This document shows, piece after piece, positions 10,702 to 21,309 of a stretch of DNA of 64,000 nt; positions within the stretch are counted from its first letter, which is position 1, and every line of letters begins with the position of its first letter. The translations under genes were made by a program, and so were the position numbers. The notes under the pieces were generated by a model. It saw nothing but the letters and a program-made list of their open reading frames with translations, had not been told where the DNA came from and ran no database searches. The stretch is taken from positions 1,424,081-1,488,080 of the forward strand of contig CAVRJY010000001.1 of the NCBI GenBank assembly GCA_963721805.1, read 5' to 3'. This DNA is from Nitrospirota bacterium (lineage in GTDB: Bacteria; Nitrospirota; Thermodesulfovibrionia; Thermodesulfovibrionales; JdFR-86).

Positions 10702-11600
10702 TATTTGTTCTCCTTGGCTGCGGTATTGGCGTCCTGTACGCAGCGGAACCCCACGGCGTCGTTCAGGGCCGTCGGGATGCTGAAGTTGCGGATCGCGACC
10801 CTCAGGGTGTAAGGGCTGTTGAACCACGAACCGCCGCGCAGGACCTTCGCGGTCCCGCTCGCCGGGCCCTTCGGGTTATCCGCTGGCGAGCCGCTGTAGT
10901 AGCCCTTGTCATACCAGTCAGAGCACCACTCCCATACGTTCCCGGCCGTGTCATAAAGCCCGTAGCCGTTGTCGTGGTAGTTGCCGACGCGCTCGGTGGG
11001 GGCCGGCCTCTGGTTGTCCCGCCAGGTTCGGCCGAAGATCACGCCGCCTGTGGGTATCTCGTTACCCCACGGGTACGCCTTGCCATCGAGCCCCCCGCGC
11101 GCGGCCTTCTCCCATTCGGCCTCGGTCGGCAGCCGCTTGCCTGCCCATTCGCAGTATGCCTTCGCCCCCTCCCAGCTTACGGTCATGACAGGCATGTTCT
11201 CGAAGCCTTCGAAGGCGCGGTATTTGCCGTCCTCGATGATAATCTCGGTCGGCCACCAGCCGGCACGCTGCGGGTCGTCGAGGTCGCTCCTCAACACAAC
11301 CCATTTAAGGCGCTTGCCGTCAGGGCCCTCGCCGGGCTTGACGTCGTTTAGGAAAGCCGAGTAAAGCTTGTTCGTGACCTCGTAGCGGTCCGCATAGAAT
11401 GCGCCGGTGCTGACCTTGTGCGCTGGCGCTATAACCTTGAGGTCGGCGTCGTCGCTGCCCATCATGAAGGGGCCCTCGGGTATGTAGCGCATCTCGGCCC
11501 CGTCCTTGCCGGTGTAAGCCTTCGGCGCGTCCCCGCCCATGCAGGTGGAGGATGCCGCAAGCGCGGCCATTAAGACGCTTATCAGTATAAAGTGTTTCAT
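10701..11600 (-). CDS. formylglycine-generating-enzyme (SUMF1/FGE-sulfatase) domain protein, secreted
   Basis: Signal peptide, then RLPTEAEWEKAARGG...NVWEWCSDWY...RGGSW. Confidence 0.8.
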   Translation of the reverse strand: MKHFILISVLMAALAASSTCMGGDAPKAYTGKDGAEMRYIPEGPFMMGSDDADLKVIAPAHKVSTGAFYADRYEVTNKLYSAFLNDVKPGEGPDGKRLKWVVLRSDLDDPQRAGWWPTEIIIEDGKYRAFEGFENMPVMTVSWEGAKAYCEWAGKRLPTEAEWEKAARGGLDGKAYPWGNEIPTGGVIFGRTWRDNQRPAPTERVGNYHDNGYGLYDTAGNVWEWCSDWYDKGYYSGSPADNPKGPASGTAKVLRGGSWFNSPYTLRVAIRNFSIPTALNDAVGFRCVQDANTAAKENK

Positions 11601-11608
11601 AATCTCCG

Positions 11609-12973
11609 TTAGGACGTGATGCCGTAGTCCCTTATCTTGGTAAGCAAAGTCTTGTAGCTGACGGACAGCGCCTCGGCGGCGCGCGTCCTGTTCCAGCCGG
11701 TCTCTTGCAGCGCCTTGCGTATGCGGGCGCTCTCGGCGGCCGTGACGGCCTCGCGGGCGACCTCTTCGAGCGTGCCGGCGAGGTTGTCCCAGTGCCGCCG
11801 CCCCCCCGCGGAGGTCTCCGGGGCGATATGCGCCGGCATTATCATATCCCCGTCACATAATATTACTGCACGCTCTATGGCGTTTTCAAGCTCGCGGACA
11901 TTGCCTTTCCATACATGGCGTCCGAGGAGTTTGACGGCCTCGGGGTCGAGTTTCTTCGGCCTCACGCCGAGGCGGCGAGAGTATTTTTCGGTGAAGTGCA
12001 TGGCCAGAAGGGGTATGTCCTCCGGCCGTTCCCTCAGCGGAGGGATCCGCAGCGGGAAGACGTTGAGCCTGTAATAGAGGTCTTCCCTGAAGGTCCTGGC
12101 AGCTATGGCCTGGGTCAGGTCGCGGTTGCTCGCGGCGATAACGCGTATGTCCACCTTGACCGCGCGAGTGCCCCCGACTCGCTCGACCTCGCCCTCCTGT
12201 ATGGCCCGCAGCAGCTTGGCTTGAAGTGTCACGTCCATCTCGCCGACCTCGTCGAGGAAGACGGTGCCCATGTGCGCCAGCTCGAATTTGCCGGGCTTTC
12301 TGGCCTCGGCCCCCGAAAACGCGCCCTTCTCGTATCCGAACAGCTCGCTTTCGAGCAGGTCGCGAGGTATCGCTGCGCAGTTGATCGGTACGAATGGATA
12401 GTCGCGGCGCAGGCTCAGGTTGTGAATCGCACGCGCGAACAGCTCCTTGCCCGTTCCGCTCTCTCCAAGCAGCAGCACGGTGGTCTTGGCGGGCGCGACG
12501 CGCTGGCACTGCCGTGCAAGCTCGAGCACGCCCTCGCTGCGGCCGATTATGTCCGGCAGGCCCACCGCCCTGGAGAGCTCGTCCTTTAACAGCAGGTTCT
12601 CGGCCTGGAGCCTCCGGGTGTCGAGCGCGCGCCTTACGAGCATCAGCAGATGGTCGATGTCAAACGGCTTGGTGATGAAGTCAAACGCGCCTTCCTTCAT
12701 CGCGCTAACGGCGGCGTTGACCGAGCCGTGCGCGGTCATCACTATCACGGGCCTCAGCGGGGAGTCCTCCTTCGAGGCGCGCAGCACCTCGATCCCGTCC
12801 CGTCCCGGGAGCCGAAGGTCGGTAATCACCATATCGGCGTTGCACTTTTTTACGGCGTTTACGGCCTCGCTGCCGTCGGATGCGATTATGGCCTCATACC
12901 CCTCGCCTTGCAGGGCCTCGCGGAGCATCAGGGCCATGGATTCCTTGTCCTCGGCTATGAGGATAGTTTGCAT
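11609..12973 (-). CDS. sigma-54-dependent response regulator (NtrC family)
   Basis: Receiver domain, [11 protein letters not shown]+ core with GAFSGA, and a C-terminal HTH. Confidence 0.9.
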   Translation of the reverse strand: MQTILIAEDKESMALMLREALQGEGYEAIIASDGSEAVNAVKKCNADMVITDLRLPGRDGIEVLRASKEDSPLRPVIVMTAHGSVNAAVSAMKEGAFDFITKPFDIDHLLMLVRRALDTRRLQAENLLLKDELSRAVGLPDIIGRSEGVLELARQCQRVAPAKTTVLLLGESGTGKELFARAIHNLSLRRDYPFVPINCAAIPRDLLESELFGYEKGAFSGAEARKPGKFELAHMGTVFLDEVGEMDVTLQAKLLRAIQEGEVERVGGTRAVKVDIRVIAASNRDLTQAIAARTFREDLYYRLNVFPLRIPPLRERPEDIPLLAMHFTEKYSRRLGVRPKKLDPEAVKLLGRHVWKGNVRELENAIERAVILCDGDMIMPAHIAPETSAGGRRHWDNLAGTLEEVAREAVTAAESARIRKALQETGWNRTRAAEALSVSYKTLLTKIRDYGITS

Positions 12974-13013
12974 AATTTAGTTTACCATACGCCTTTTGTT
13001 ATAAAATAACGCT

Positions 13014-13946
13014 ATGCCATACGCGGTGCTCGATCTAGGCTCGAATTCCGTAAGGCTCCTGATAGGGGAGGTCATACGCGGGCGCATTGCGCCGAAACTC
13101 TACGAGCGCGCGGTCACGCGCATCTCGGCCGGAATGGCATCTACGGGGATGCTGGGCGAGGGGCCGATGCACAGGACGCTGGAGGTCCTGCGCGGCTTCA
13201 GGCGCATAATCGAGGCCGAGGGCGCGACCCTCTCTGATGCGGCCGGGACCAGCGCGCTTCGGGAGGCCGGAAACTCAGCCGAATTCCTTGAGCGGGCGAG
13301 AGCCGAGACAGGCATCGCCATCAGGGTGATCAGCGGCGAAGAGGAGGCCAGGCTCACCGCGCTGGGCGTCGTCTCTTCGCTTGAGCCGATGCCCTCGGCC
13401 ATGATCGCTGATATAGGCGGCGGCAGCACAGAGATGGCGCTCATGAGGGGCCGCGAACTCATTGCCTCGATCTCCGAGCCTGTGGGCGCCGTGGGTCTGA
13501 TAGAGCGGCATATCAAGTCCGACCCTCCTGCGCGGGCCGAGCTTGACTCGCTTCGCGCGGAATGCGAGGCCGCGGCGACACGGTTCCGCGCCGCACTGGG
13601 TGCCCCGGAGCCGGGCATGAGGCTGGTCGGCACCGCCGGGACGATGTCGACGATCGCGGCTATGGACCTCGGGCTCGGCCGCTACGAGCGCGACCGCGTG
13701 CACGGCCATACGGTTGCGCTCGGCAGGATCAGGGAAATGTTCGGCCGCACCACGGCCATGCCGCTTCGAGAGAGGCTCCTGATTAAGGGCCTCGAACCCG
13801 GCAGGACGGACTTGATTATGGCCGGATTAACACTTACAATATGCCTGATGGAGACATTCGGCTTTAAGGATCTGCTTATAAGCGATTCCGGACTGCTCGA
13901 GGGGCTTCTGACCAATTCGACTCCGGGGGGTGGAATATCAGCCTGA
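13014..13946 (+). CDS. Ppx/GppA-family phosphatase
   Basis: AVLDLGSNSVRLLIGEV and DIGGGSTE motifs. Confidence 0.8.
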   Translation: MPYAVLDLGSNSVRLLIGEVIRGRIAPKLYERAVTRISAGMASTGMLGEGPMHRTLEVLRGFRRIIEAEGATLSDAAGTSALREAGNSAEFLERARAETGIAIRVISGEEEARLTALGVVSSLEPMPSAMIADIGGGSTEMALMRGRELIASISEPVGAVGLIERHIKSDPPARAELDSLRAECEAAATRFRAALGAPEPGMRLVGTAGTMSTIAAMDLGLGRYERDRVHGHTVALGRIREMFGRTTAMPLRERLLIKGLEPGRTDLIMAGLTLTICLMETFGFKDLLISDSGLLEGLLTNSTPGGGISA

Positions 13947-13969
13947 TCGGCAAGCTTTTCGGGGGCAAG

Positions 13970-15304
13970 GTGACCGTCCCTTTTCTGGATTACCTGGACG
14001 ACCCGGTCGCGCTGCTCTCCAGGGACGGACAGGTCGCGGACGCCAACAGCGCCTTTATCTCGCTGTGCAAGCTGCCGAGGTCGCAGGCGATCGGCAGCGA
14101 CAGCCGGGGCGTCGAGCCGCTGAGCCTCTGCTGGCCCCTGATAACCTCCGCGCTCCTGCACCGCAAGGAGCAGCGCGACAGGCTGAAGTTCGAAGACGCG
14201 GTGCTCGACATTACCGTAAAACCGGTCCTTGACGGGGAGATCACGCAGTACGTGCTCGTGCTCATACACGACGTCACGGACGCGGTGCGCCTCGACGAGG
14301 ACCTCAGGAAACGCAACCAGGAACTGATCGTCATGAACACGCTCTCGACGGCATTCATCGGGGCCGACAACATCGAGGCGGTCTTCGGCGACCTGCTCGA
14401 GAAGGTCCTCCTCGTCTCCGGCATGGAGATGGGCTGGATAACCGTGCTGGACTCCGAAGGGAAATATGCGGTCAAGGGGATCGCTGGATTCCCGGACTCC
14501 TTCGGCGCGACGATCGAGGACGAGACCTTCGGGCCGATCTACGAAAACGCCTCGCGCTCCGCCAAGCCCATCCACGTCCTCGAAAAAGACGACATAAGGA
14601 ACATCCCCTTTCTCGAACGCGAAGGCGTCGCGATGATCGCGATGATCCCGCTGCGGGCGGGGGGCGGGGGGACCATTGGGTTCATGGGGCTGGCGACAAG
14701 GAACGAAAAATCTTTCGACTACGACATCGCGGCCACCTTTTCGAGCATCGGAAACCATATCTCGCTGATAGCCGAAAAGATCATGCTCTTTCAGGAGACT
14801 CAGCGGCTCTCGGTCACGGACGCCCTGACAGGGCTCTTTAACTCGAGGTATTTTTACCACTGCCTCGATTCCGAGATATCGCGCTCCAAGCGGTACCACG
14901 AGCGGTTCTCCGTGGTGCTCTTTGACGTCGATAACTTCAAGGCCTTCAACGACCGTTACGGCCACCAGAGCGGCGACGAGGTGCTCGTCGAGATCGCGGC
15001 GCACATGCGCACGATATCGCGCAACTCCGACGTGCTCTCAAGGTACGGCGGCGAGGAGTTCATCATGCTCCTGCCGCACACCGCGAAGGACGAGGCCGTG
15101 ACGCTTGCCAACAGGCTTATGCAGGCCATCGGTAGCCGCAAGTTCCTTGGCTCGCGCGCCATGCAGGTGACGATCAGCGGCGGCGTCTCGACATATCCCG
15201 AGGACGCCGAGGAGGCCAAGGCGCTGCTGTATGCGTCGGACATGGCGATGTACGAGGCCAAGGAGAAAGGGAAGAAGCAGATATGCGCTTACAAGGCGAA
15301 ATGA
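13970..15304 (+). CDS. PAS/GAF-GGDEF diguanylate cyclase
   Basis: 444 aa with DALTGLFNSRYF and RYGGEEF. Confidence 0.85.
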   Translation: MTVPFLDYLDDPVALLSRDGQVADANSAFISLCKLPRSQAIGSDSRGVEPLSLCWPLITSALLHRKEQRDRLKFEDAVLDITVKPVLDGEITQYVLVLIHDVTDAVRLDEDLRKRNQELIVMNTLSTAFIGADNIEAVFGDLLEKVLLVSGMEMGWITVLDSEGKYAVKGIAGFPDSFGATIEDETFGPIYENASRSAKPIHVLEKDDIRNIPFLEREGVAMIAMIPLRAGGGGTIGFMGLATRNEKSFDYDIAATFSSIGNHISLIAEKIMLFQETQRLSVTDALTGLFNSRYFYHCLDSEISRSKRYHERFSVVLFDVDNFKAFNDRYGHQSGDEVLVEIAAHMRTISRNSDVLSRYGGEEFIMLLPHTAKDEAVTLANRLMQAIGSRKFLGSRAMQVTISGGVSTYPEDAEEAKALLYASDMAMYEAKEKGKKQICAYKAK

Positions 15305-16056
15305 ACCTCAAGAAGGTCTTCGGGAGGCCGGCCTCGCTGAAGCCCGCGCCGTTTCGGTTCTGCCCCGGCTGCGGCCACAGCATCGCGCACCGCCTGGTCG
15401 CCGAGTGCGTCGACGAGCTGGGCATCCGCGAGCGTACGATAGGCATCGCACCGGTCGGCTGTGCGGTCTTCGCTTACGACTATTTCGATTTCGACATGAT
15501 CGAGGTCGCGCACGGCCGCCCGCCGGCGGCAGCGACCGGGATGAAGCGCATGCTGCCGGACAACGTAATCTTCTCATACCAGGGCGACGGGGACCTCGCG
15601 GCAATAGGGATGGGCGAGATCATACATGCCGCCGCACGCGGCGAGAACATATCGTTTTTCTTCATCAACAACGCGACATACGGCATGACCGGCGGGCAGA
15701 TGGCCCCAACCACCTTGCAGGGCCAGGTGACGACCACCACCCCCCGGGGGCGCGACTCGGGCTTTCCGCTTCGGATCTCGGAGCTGCTGAGCGTCATAGA
15801 GGGCGCATCATACATAGAACGCGTATCGCTTGACTCGGCGGCGAACATCAAGGCCGCGCGCCGGGCGGTGGAGAAGTCCTTCCGCTATCAGCTCGCGGGC
15901 CGCGGCTTCTCGCTCGTCGAGATGCTCTCCCCGTGCCCTACCGACTGGTGGATGACCCCGGCGGAATCGCTCGCATGGATCAGGGCCGAGATGATGAAGG
16001 CCTTCCCGCTGGGCGTATACAAAGACAAGTTCGCGGACGAAGCAAAGACATGCTGA
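15301..16056 (+). CDS. korB: 2-oxoacid:ferredoxin oxidoreductase beta (TPP-binding) subunit
   Basis: MNLKK start overlaps the upstream stop (ATGA). Motifs FCPGCGH and GDGD...NNATYGMTGGQ. Confidence 0.8.
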   Translation: MNLKKVFGRPASLKPAPFRFCPGCGHSIAHRLVAECVDELGIRERTIGIAPVGCAVFAYDYFDFDMIEVAHGRPPAAATGMKRMLPDNVIFSYQGDGDLAAIGMGEIIHAAARGENISFFFINNATYGMTGGQMAPTTLQGQVTTTTPRGRDSGFPLRISELLSVIEGASYIERVSLDSAANIKAARRAVEKSFRYQLAGRGFSLVEMLSPCPTDWWMTPAESLAWIRAEMMKAFPLGVYKDKFADEAKTC

Positions 16057-16604
16057 GCGGAACGCTGGTGGCGGGCTCGGGCGGGCAGGGCGTATTGTTT
16101 TTGAGCAAGCTCCTTGCCCAGGCCGCGATGACCGCCGGAAAGAACGTGACGTTCTTCCCGTCATACGGGGCCGAGATGCGCGGCGGCACGGCCAACTGCA
16201 CGGTGGTAATTTCCGACGGCATAATAGGCTCGCCCGTCGTGCGCACGCCCGACGTGGTGGTCGCGATGAACGCGGCATCCATGGCCCGTTTCGAGCCGAA
16301 GCTCAGGCCCGGCGGGCTGTTCATCTACGACTGCTCGCTGGTCAAGGCCCCCCTGGGGCGCACCGACCTCGAGGTGGTCGCGGTCCCGGCAAGCGACGTC
16401 GCGGCCGGGCTGGGCGACAACAAGGCCGCGAACATGGTCCTCCTGGGCGCGCTTATCGCCCGCGAGCCGATCCTGGGCATCGACGAAGCGCTCTCGGCGC
16501 TCGAACGCATCACCCCGGCGCACAGGCGCGCAGGGCTTGGGCTTAACGCCGAGGCACTGAGAAAAGGTTTCCACTGTGGTGAAAATACGAAAAGCGCTGG
16601 TTAA
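16050..16604 (+). CDS. 2-oxoacid:ferredoxin oxidoreductase gamma subunit
   Basis: MLSGTLVAGSGGQGVLFLSKLLAQAAM...SYGAEMRGG. The start overlaps the korB stop. Confidence 0.8.
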   Translation: MLSGTLVAGSGGQGVLFLSKLLAQAAMTAGKNVTFFPSYGAEMRGGTANCTVVISDGIIGSPVVRTPDVVVAMNAASMARFEPKLRPGGLFIYDCSLVKAPLGRTDLEVVAVPASDVAAGLGDNKAANMVLLGALIAREPILGIDEALSALERITPAHRRAGLGLNAEALRKGFHCGENTKSAG

Positions 16605-17034
16605 GGACGTCCCGCAGATACACAAGATAGTCAACGAGTTCGCCAGCGCCAACTCGATGCTCCCGCGTTCCCTCAACGACCTTTACGACAACATCAGGGA
16701 CATGTTCGTGGCCGAGGACCGGGGCGCGCTCATCGCGGTTTGCGGCATGCACGTGCTCTGGGATGACCTCGCCGAGGTCCGCTCGCTCGCGGTAAAGAAA
16801 AACCGCCAGGGCGAGGGCATAGGCAAGACGCTCGTGCGCCGCGCCCTCAAGGACGCGAAGACCCTGGGCATCAAGCGCGTCTTCGCCCTTACGTACGTGC
16901 CCGGATATTTCAGCTCCACGTTCGGTTTCAGGGTCATCGAGAAGTCCGAGCTGCCGCACAAGATATGGGGCGAGTGCCTGCACTGCCCGAAGTTCCCGGA
17001 CTGCGACGAGGTCGCGGTCATCAAGGAAATATAA
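16576..17034 (+). CDS. GNAT N-acetyltransferase (short amino-acid acetyltransferase type with C-terminal Cys cluster)
   Basis: RSLAVKKNRQGEGIGKTLV acetyl-CoA motif and C-terminal WGECLHCPKFPDCDE. GTG start. Confidence 0.75.
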   Translation: MVKIRKALVKDVPQIHKIVNEFASANSMLPRSLNDLYDNIRDMFVAEDRGALIAVCGMHVLWDDLAEVRSLAVKKNRQGEGIGKTLVRRALKDAKTLGIKRVFALTYVPGYFSSTFGFRVIEKSELPHKIWGECLHCPKFPDCDEVAVIKEI

Positions 17035-17690
17035 TGCTCAAGCTCGGGTTTCTGGCATCGGGCAGGGGCTCGAACTTCCAGTCGATTGTCGATGCGTGCA
17101 AGGCCGGGAGGATCGAGGCCAGCCCCGCGCTGCTCATATCTGACGTGTCAGACGCTTATGCGCTTGACAGGGCCGAGCGCCAAGGCATACCCCATAAGTT
17201 CATCGACCCCAAAGGCTTCGGCACCCCGGACGAATACTTCGCCCTCATAGCCTCGGAGATGAAGGCGGCGGACGTGGGGCTCGTGGTGCTCGCGGGGTTC
17301 ATGCGCATCGTGCGCAGGCCGCTGCTCGACGCGTTCCCGATGCGGGTGATGAACATCCACCCCGCGCTGCTGCCCTCGTTTGCCGGGCTGCACGGGCAGG
17401 CCCAGGCAGCGGATTACGGGGTGCGCATAGCGGGCTGCACGGTGCATTTCGTGGACGAGGGCATGGACACCGGGCCGGTCATCATACAGGCGGCGGTCCC
17501 TGCGCTTCCGGGCGATACCGAAGATTCGCTTGGCGCACGAATCCTCAGGGCCGAGCACAGGATATTCCCGGAGGCCATCCGGCTGTTCGCGGCCGGGAGG
17601 CTGCAAGTGCGGGGGCGCAAGGTGATGGTAGAGGGCTATGACGCGGCCCGCGAGGACGCGGTGCTCTACAGCCCGCCGCTTGGAAGTTGA
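17034..17690 (+). CDS. purN: phosphoribosylglycinamide formyltransferase
   Basis: MLKLGFLASGRGSNFQ...NIHPALLPSF. The ATG overlaps the upstream TAA. Confidence 0.9.
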   Translation: MLKLGFLASGRGSNFQSIVDACKAGRIEASPALLISDVSDAYALDRAERQGIPHKFIDPKGFGTPDEYFALIASEMKAADVGLVVLAGFMRIVRRPLLDAFPMRVMNIHPALLPSFAGLHGQAQAADYGVRIAGCTVHFVDEGMDTGPVIIQAAVPALPGDTEDSLGARILRAEHRIFPEAIRLFAAGRLQVRGRKVMVEGYDAAREDAVLYSPPLGS

Positions 17691-17738
17691 GCTTGCGCGC
17701 GGTTTCCGTTAAGATAGACAACTAGGAGGGCACGAGCG

Positions 17739-18260
17739 ATGGTAACCACAAAACCGTTTTTGGCAACGGCTCAGATACAGGCCAAGGTCAAGGAGCTGGG
17801 GGCCAGGATATCGGCCGACTATGAGGGGAAAAACCTCCTCGTGGTCCCGATCCTGAAAGGCGCATTCATGTTCGCCTCCGACCTGGTGCGGGCGATATCC
17901 ATACCGCTTTCGGTGGACTTCGTGATGGCCTCGAGCTATGAGCACACGGACTCCACGGGCGAGGTCAAGCTGCACTGCGACCTCAGAGACAGCATCAAGG
18001 GGCGGGACGTCCTGCTCGTCGAGGACATCGTGGATACCGGCCTGACGCTCAACTACATCAGGGAGACCTTCATGCAGCGCGAGCCCGCGAGCATAAAGAT
18101 ATGCGGCCTGCTGAACAAGCAGGAGCGCCGGGTCATGGACATCAAGATCGATTACGCGGGCTTCGAGATACCTAATCTTTTCGTGGTCGGCTACGGGCTG
18201 GACTATGAAAACAGGTACCGCAACCTGCCCTACATTGCTATATTCAAGAAATCGACATAA
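17739..18260 (+). CDS. hpt: hypoxanthine phosphoribosyltransferase
   Basis: LLVEDIVDTGLTL PRPP motif; 173 aa. Confidence 0.9.
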   Translation: MVTTKPFLATAQIQAKVKELGARISADYEGKNLLVVPILKGAFMFASDLVRAISIPLSVDFVMASSYEHTDSTGEVKLHCDLRDSIKGRDVLLVEDIVDTGLTLNYIRETFMQREPASIKICGLLNKQERRVMDIKIDYAGFEIPNLFVVGYGLDYENRYRNLPYIAIFKKST

Positions 18261-18278
18261 CACAAGGAGCATGAAAGA

Positions 18279-18650
18279 GTGTACGAGCTTACCATAGAGA
18301 CTACGTTCGCGGCGGCCCATCAGCTCAGGGGCTACGACGGCAAGTGCGAGAACCTCCACGGACACAACTGGAAAGTTCAGGTGCACGTGATCGCCGAATC
18401 GCTCAACGACATAGACATCGCCATAGATTTCCATGACTTAAAACGCATGGCCAACGAGATCGTCGCACCCCTGGACCATTCGTTCCTGAACGACAAGTTT
18501 CCGTTTACTGAGAAGAACCCCTCATCGGAGAACATCGCCCGCTTCGTATACGACGGGATGAAGAAAAAGGTCAACGACGAATACGTGAGGCTCACGGCCG
18601 TGACGGTCTGGGAGTCCGAAAACGCATCCGCGACCTACTATGAGGACTGA
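18279..18650 (+). CDS. queD: 6-carboxytetrahydropterin synthase
   Basis: FAAAHQLRGYDGKCENLHGHNW. Confidence 0.9.
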   Translation: MYELTIETTFAAAHQLRGYDGKCENLHGHNWKVQVHVIAESLNDIDIAIDFHDLKRMANEIVAPLDHSFLNDKFPFTEKNPSSENIARFVYDGMKKKVNDEYVRLTAVTVWESENASATYYED

Positions 18651-19968
18651 CGAGGCCCTGGCCGGGGCCGCCCTGCGCCTCGCAAAGGCGGGCGGGGCCT
18701 CTGACGCCGAGGTATACCAGCGCGCCACACGGACGCTCTCGGCCGACGCACGGAGGGCCTCGATGGAGGCCATCGAAAGCTCGCTCACGTTCGGCTACTG
18801 CCTCCGCGTCATAAAGGACGGCCGTGCCGGGTTCTCATATTCCAACAACCCCTCGGACATGGAAAGCGTGGTCAACGACGCCCTCGTCTCGGCAGGGTAC
18901 ACCGAGCCGGACGAGCACCTAAACATTATAGATCCCGAGCCGCCGGTAACCGGGCTTGCCACATACGACCCGGACGTCGAGGCGATGACCTCCGAGCACG
19001 CGCTGGAGCTCGCGTGCCGCACAGAGGCCGCATGCATGGGGGCCGACCCCCGCATGACGAAGATACGCAAGGCCTCGGCCTCGTTCTCGTCATCCGAGAC
19101 GCGCATAGCGAACTCCAGAGGCCTGACGGTCTCTTACCGCGCGACCGCTGCGAGCGCATCTATCATGGCCGTGGCGGAGGAGGCAGGGGAGGGGCAGGTG
19201 GGCTGGGAATACGCGCTCTCAAGGCGGCTTTCGGAGGTAGACTTCGGTGCGGTCGGGAGGGACGCGGCCAAGCGCGCGCTTGAGCTTCTGGGCGCGCGGA
19301 GGATGACCGCGTGCAAAGCTCCGGTATTGCTCGACCGCTCGGTTGCGGTGGATTTCCTCGGCGTCTTCGCCTCGATGCTATCGTCCGAGGCGGTGCAGAA
19401 GGGAAAGTCGCTGCTTAAGGGCAGGCTCGGCCAGCGCGTGGCAAGCCGGTCCATCAATATAGTCGACGACGCGCTCCTGGCCTCGTCACCCGGCTTGAGG
19501 CCGTTCGACGACGAAGGGGCGCCCGCGAGGGCAACCGTGCTCGTACGCGAGGGCGTGCTAGAGGGATATATGTATAACGCGCATACCGCAGCGAAGGAAG
19601 GCCGGCGCACGACCGGCAACGCCGTAAGGGGAGGCTACATGTCGCCCCCGAGCGTAGGGCCCCTCAGCCTTTACATCGAGCCCTCATCCGCGGCCTCAGA
19701 CCTTTTCGGAGAAATGGGCACCGGCCTATACGTCACGGACGTGATGGGCATGCACACGGCCGACGCGATCTCGGGAGACTTCTCGGTAGGCGCATCCGGG
19801 CTGTGGATAGAGGGGGGCAGGGCGGCCTATCCGGTGAAGGAGGCCGTGATCTCGGGCAACATGCTCGGGTTTTTCAGCGGGGCCCTCGCGCTTGGGGACG
19901 ACCTGAGGTTTTACGGACGGATGGGTTCGCCCTCGATACTGTTCGGCCAGACGGACATCAGCGCATAG
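18640..19968 (+). CDS. TldD/PmbA-family metalloprotease
   Basis: 442 aa with the C-terminal GDFSVGASGLWIEGG pattern. Confidence 0.8.
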   Translation: MRTDEALAGAALRLAKAGGASDAEVYQRATRTLSADARRASMEAIESSLTFGYCLRVIKDGRAGFSYSNNPSDMESVVNDALVSAGYTEPDEHLNIIDPEPPVTGLATYDPDVEAMTSEHALELACRTEAACMGADPRMTKIRKASASFSSSETRIANSRGLTVSYRATAASASIMAVAEEAGEGQVGWEYALSRRLSEVDFGAVGRDAAKRALELLGARRMTACKAPVLLDRSVAVDFLGVFASMLSSEAVQKGKSLLKGRLGQRVASRSINIVDDALLASSPGLRPFDDEGAPARATVLVREGVLEGYMYNAHTAAKEGRRTTGNAVRGGYMSPPSVGPLSLYIEPSSAASDLFGEMGTGLYVTDVMGMHTADAISGDFSVGASGLWIEGGRAAYPVKEAVISGNMLGFFSGALALGDDLRFYGRMGSPSILFGQTDISA

Positions 19969-21306
19969 ATGAAAAAAGTCTTCATCATAGACGACGAGCC
20001 GGAGATCCTCGCATCCCTTGGGATGATCTTCACCGTGGCGGGCATGGAGGCCGTGACCGCGTCTTCGGGCCGCGAGGCCATGGAGAAGTTCTCGGTCGAG
20101 CCGGTGCCTGTCGTCATATGCGACAACGCCCTCCCGGACGTCCGGGGGCTCGAGCTCCTGGGCGAGCTCCGGGGCATACTCCCGGACGTCCAGATGATCA
20201 TGTTCACCGGCAAGGGCACGATAGACATCGCGGTGGCCGCCATGAAGGCCGGGATGTACGACTTCGTGACCAAGCCCGTCGAGCCGGAACATTTAATCCA
20301 CCTCGCGCGCAAGGCCCACGAGCTCTATGACGCGCTCTCCGCCAACAGGGCCCTGCGGGCCGAGGTAATGACCGTCTCGGACGAGGACTACGTCGGCAGG
20401 TCAGCCGCTGTGCACAAGCTAAAGCGCATGGTCCACGCCGTGGCCCCCACCGACAGCACCGTGCTCATCCAGGGCGAAAGCGGCACCGGCAAGGAGCTGG
20501 TCGCCCGGATGATACACAAGTACAGCGAACGCAGGCGCGGCCCGTTTATCGCCGTCGACTGCGGCGCGATCCCGGAGGGGCTCGTCGAGAGCGAGCTGTT
20601 CGGACACGAAAAGGGGGCCTTCACCGGCGCCCACGGCATGAAAGAGGGTAAGTTCGAGCGCGCGAGCCATGGGACGCTGTTCCTCGACGAGATATCCAAC
20701 CTGCCGCTGGCCGCTCAGGCCAAGCTCCTGCGCGCCTTGCAGGAGCGCGTGATCGAACGCGTAGGCGGCACCAGGAGCGTACCGGTCGATATCAGGCTTA
20801 TAGCCGCGACAAACTCCGACCTGCAGGACGGGGTCGCTTCAAAGAATTTCAGGGAGGACCTTTACTACCGCCTCAATATAGTCAAGCTCAGGCTCCCGCC
20901 CCTGAGGGAGCGCAAGAGCGACATCATGATGCTCGCGAACCATTTTATAGAGAAGCACCGCGAGAGGGCGCGCTCCGAGGTGCGCGGCATATCCAAGGAG
21001 GCGCTGAGGGCGCTGATGGAGTATTCGTGGCCCGGCAACGTCCGGGAGCTCGAAAACGCGGTCGAGCACGCGATGATAGTCGCAACGACGCCCGAGATCA
21101 TGCCCCACGACCTGCCCATGGCCGCGGAGGCCGCGCCCGGCGCGCCTCTGCGCGAGGAGGCCTCCGGAAGCATAAAGGACGCCGAAAAAAAGATGCTGGT
21201 CGAGGCCCTGATGCAGCACGGAGGCAACAAGATACAGACCGCCAGGGCGCTGGGCATACAGAGGTCAAGCCTCTATAGCAAGCTCCGAAAGCACGGGCTG
21301 ATATAG
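19969..21306 (+). CDS. sigma-54-dependent response regulator (NtrC family)
   Basis: Receiver domain, [14 protein letters not shown] and a C-terminal HTH. Confidence 0.9.
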   Translation: MKKVFIIDDEPEILASLGMIFTVAGMEAVTASSGREAMEKFSVEPVPVVICDNALPDVRGLELLGELRGILPDVQMIMFTGKGTIDIAVAAMKAGMYDFVTKPVEPEHLIHLARKAHELYDALSANRALRAEVMTVSDEDYVGRSAAVHKLKRMVHAVAPTDSTVLIQGESGTGKELVARMIHKYSERRRGPFIAVDCGAIPEGLVESELFGHEKGAFTGAHGMKEGKFERASHGTLFLDEISNLPLAAQAKLLRALQERVIERVGGTRSVPVDIRLIAATNSDLQDGVASKNFREDLYYRLNIVKLRLPPLRERKSDIMMLANHFIEKHRERARSEVRGISKEALRALMEYSWPGNVRELENAVEHAMIVATTPEIMPHDLPMAAEAAPGAPLREEASGSIKDAEKKMLVEALMQHGGNKIQTARALGIQRSSLYSKLRKHGLI

Positions 21307-21309
21307 GAT

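Noticed and set aside
13682-15004. Long antisense or off-frame ORFs in the track, for example 13682..15004(-), 3641..4534(+), 5120..6109(+), 33890..35584(+), 35892..36896(-), 42504..43823(+), 58735..59799(-) and 60540..61493(-).
   Set aside because: Their translations are Arg/Gly/Pro/Asp/His-rich low-complexity strings, typical of shadow frames in high-GC DNA. Each fully overlaps a gene with clear conserved motifs on the other strand or frame.
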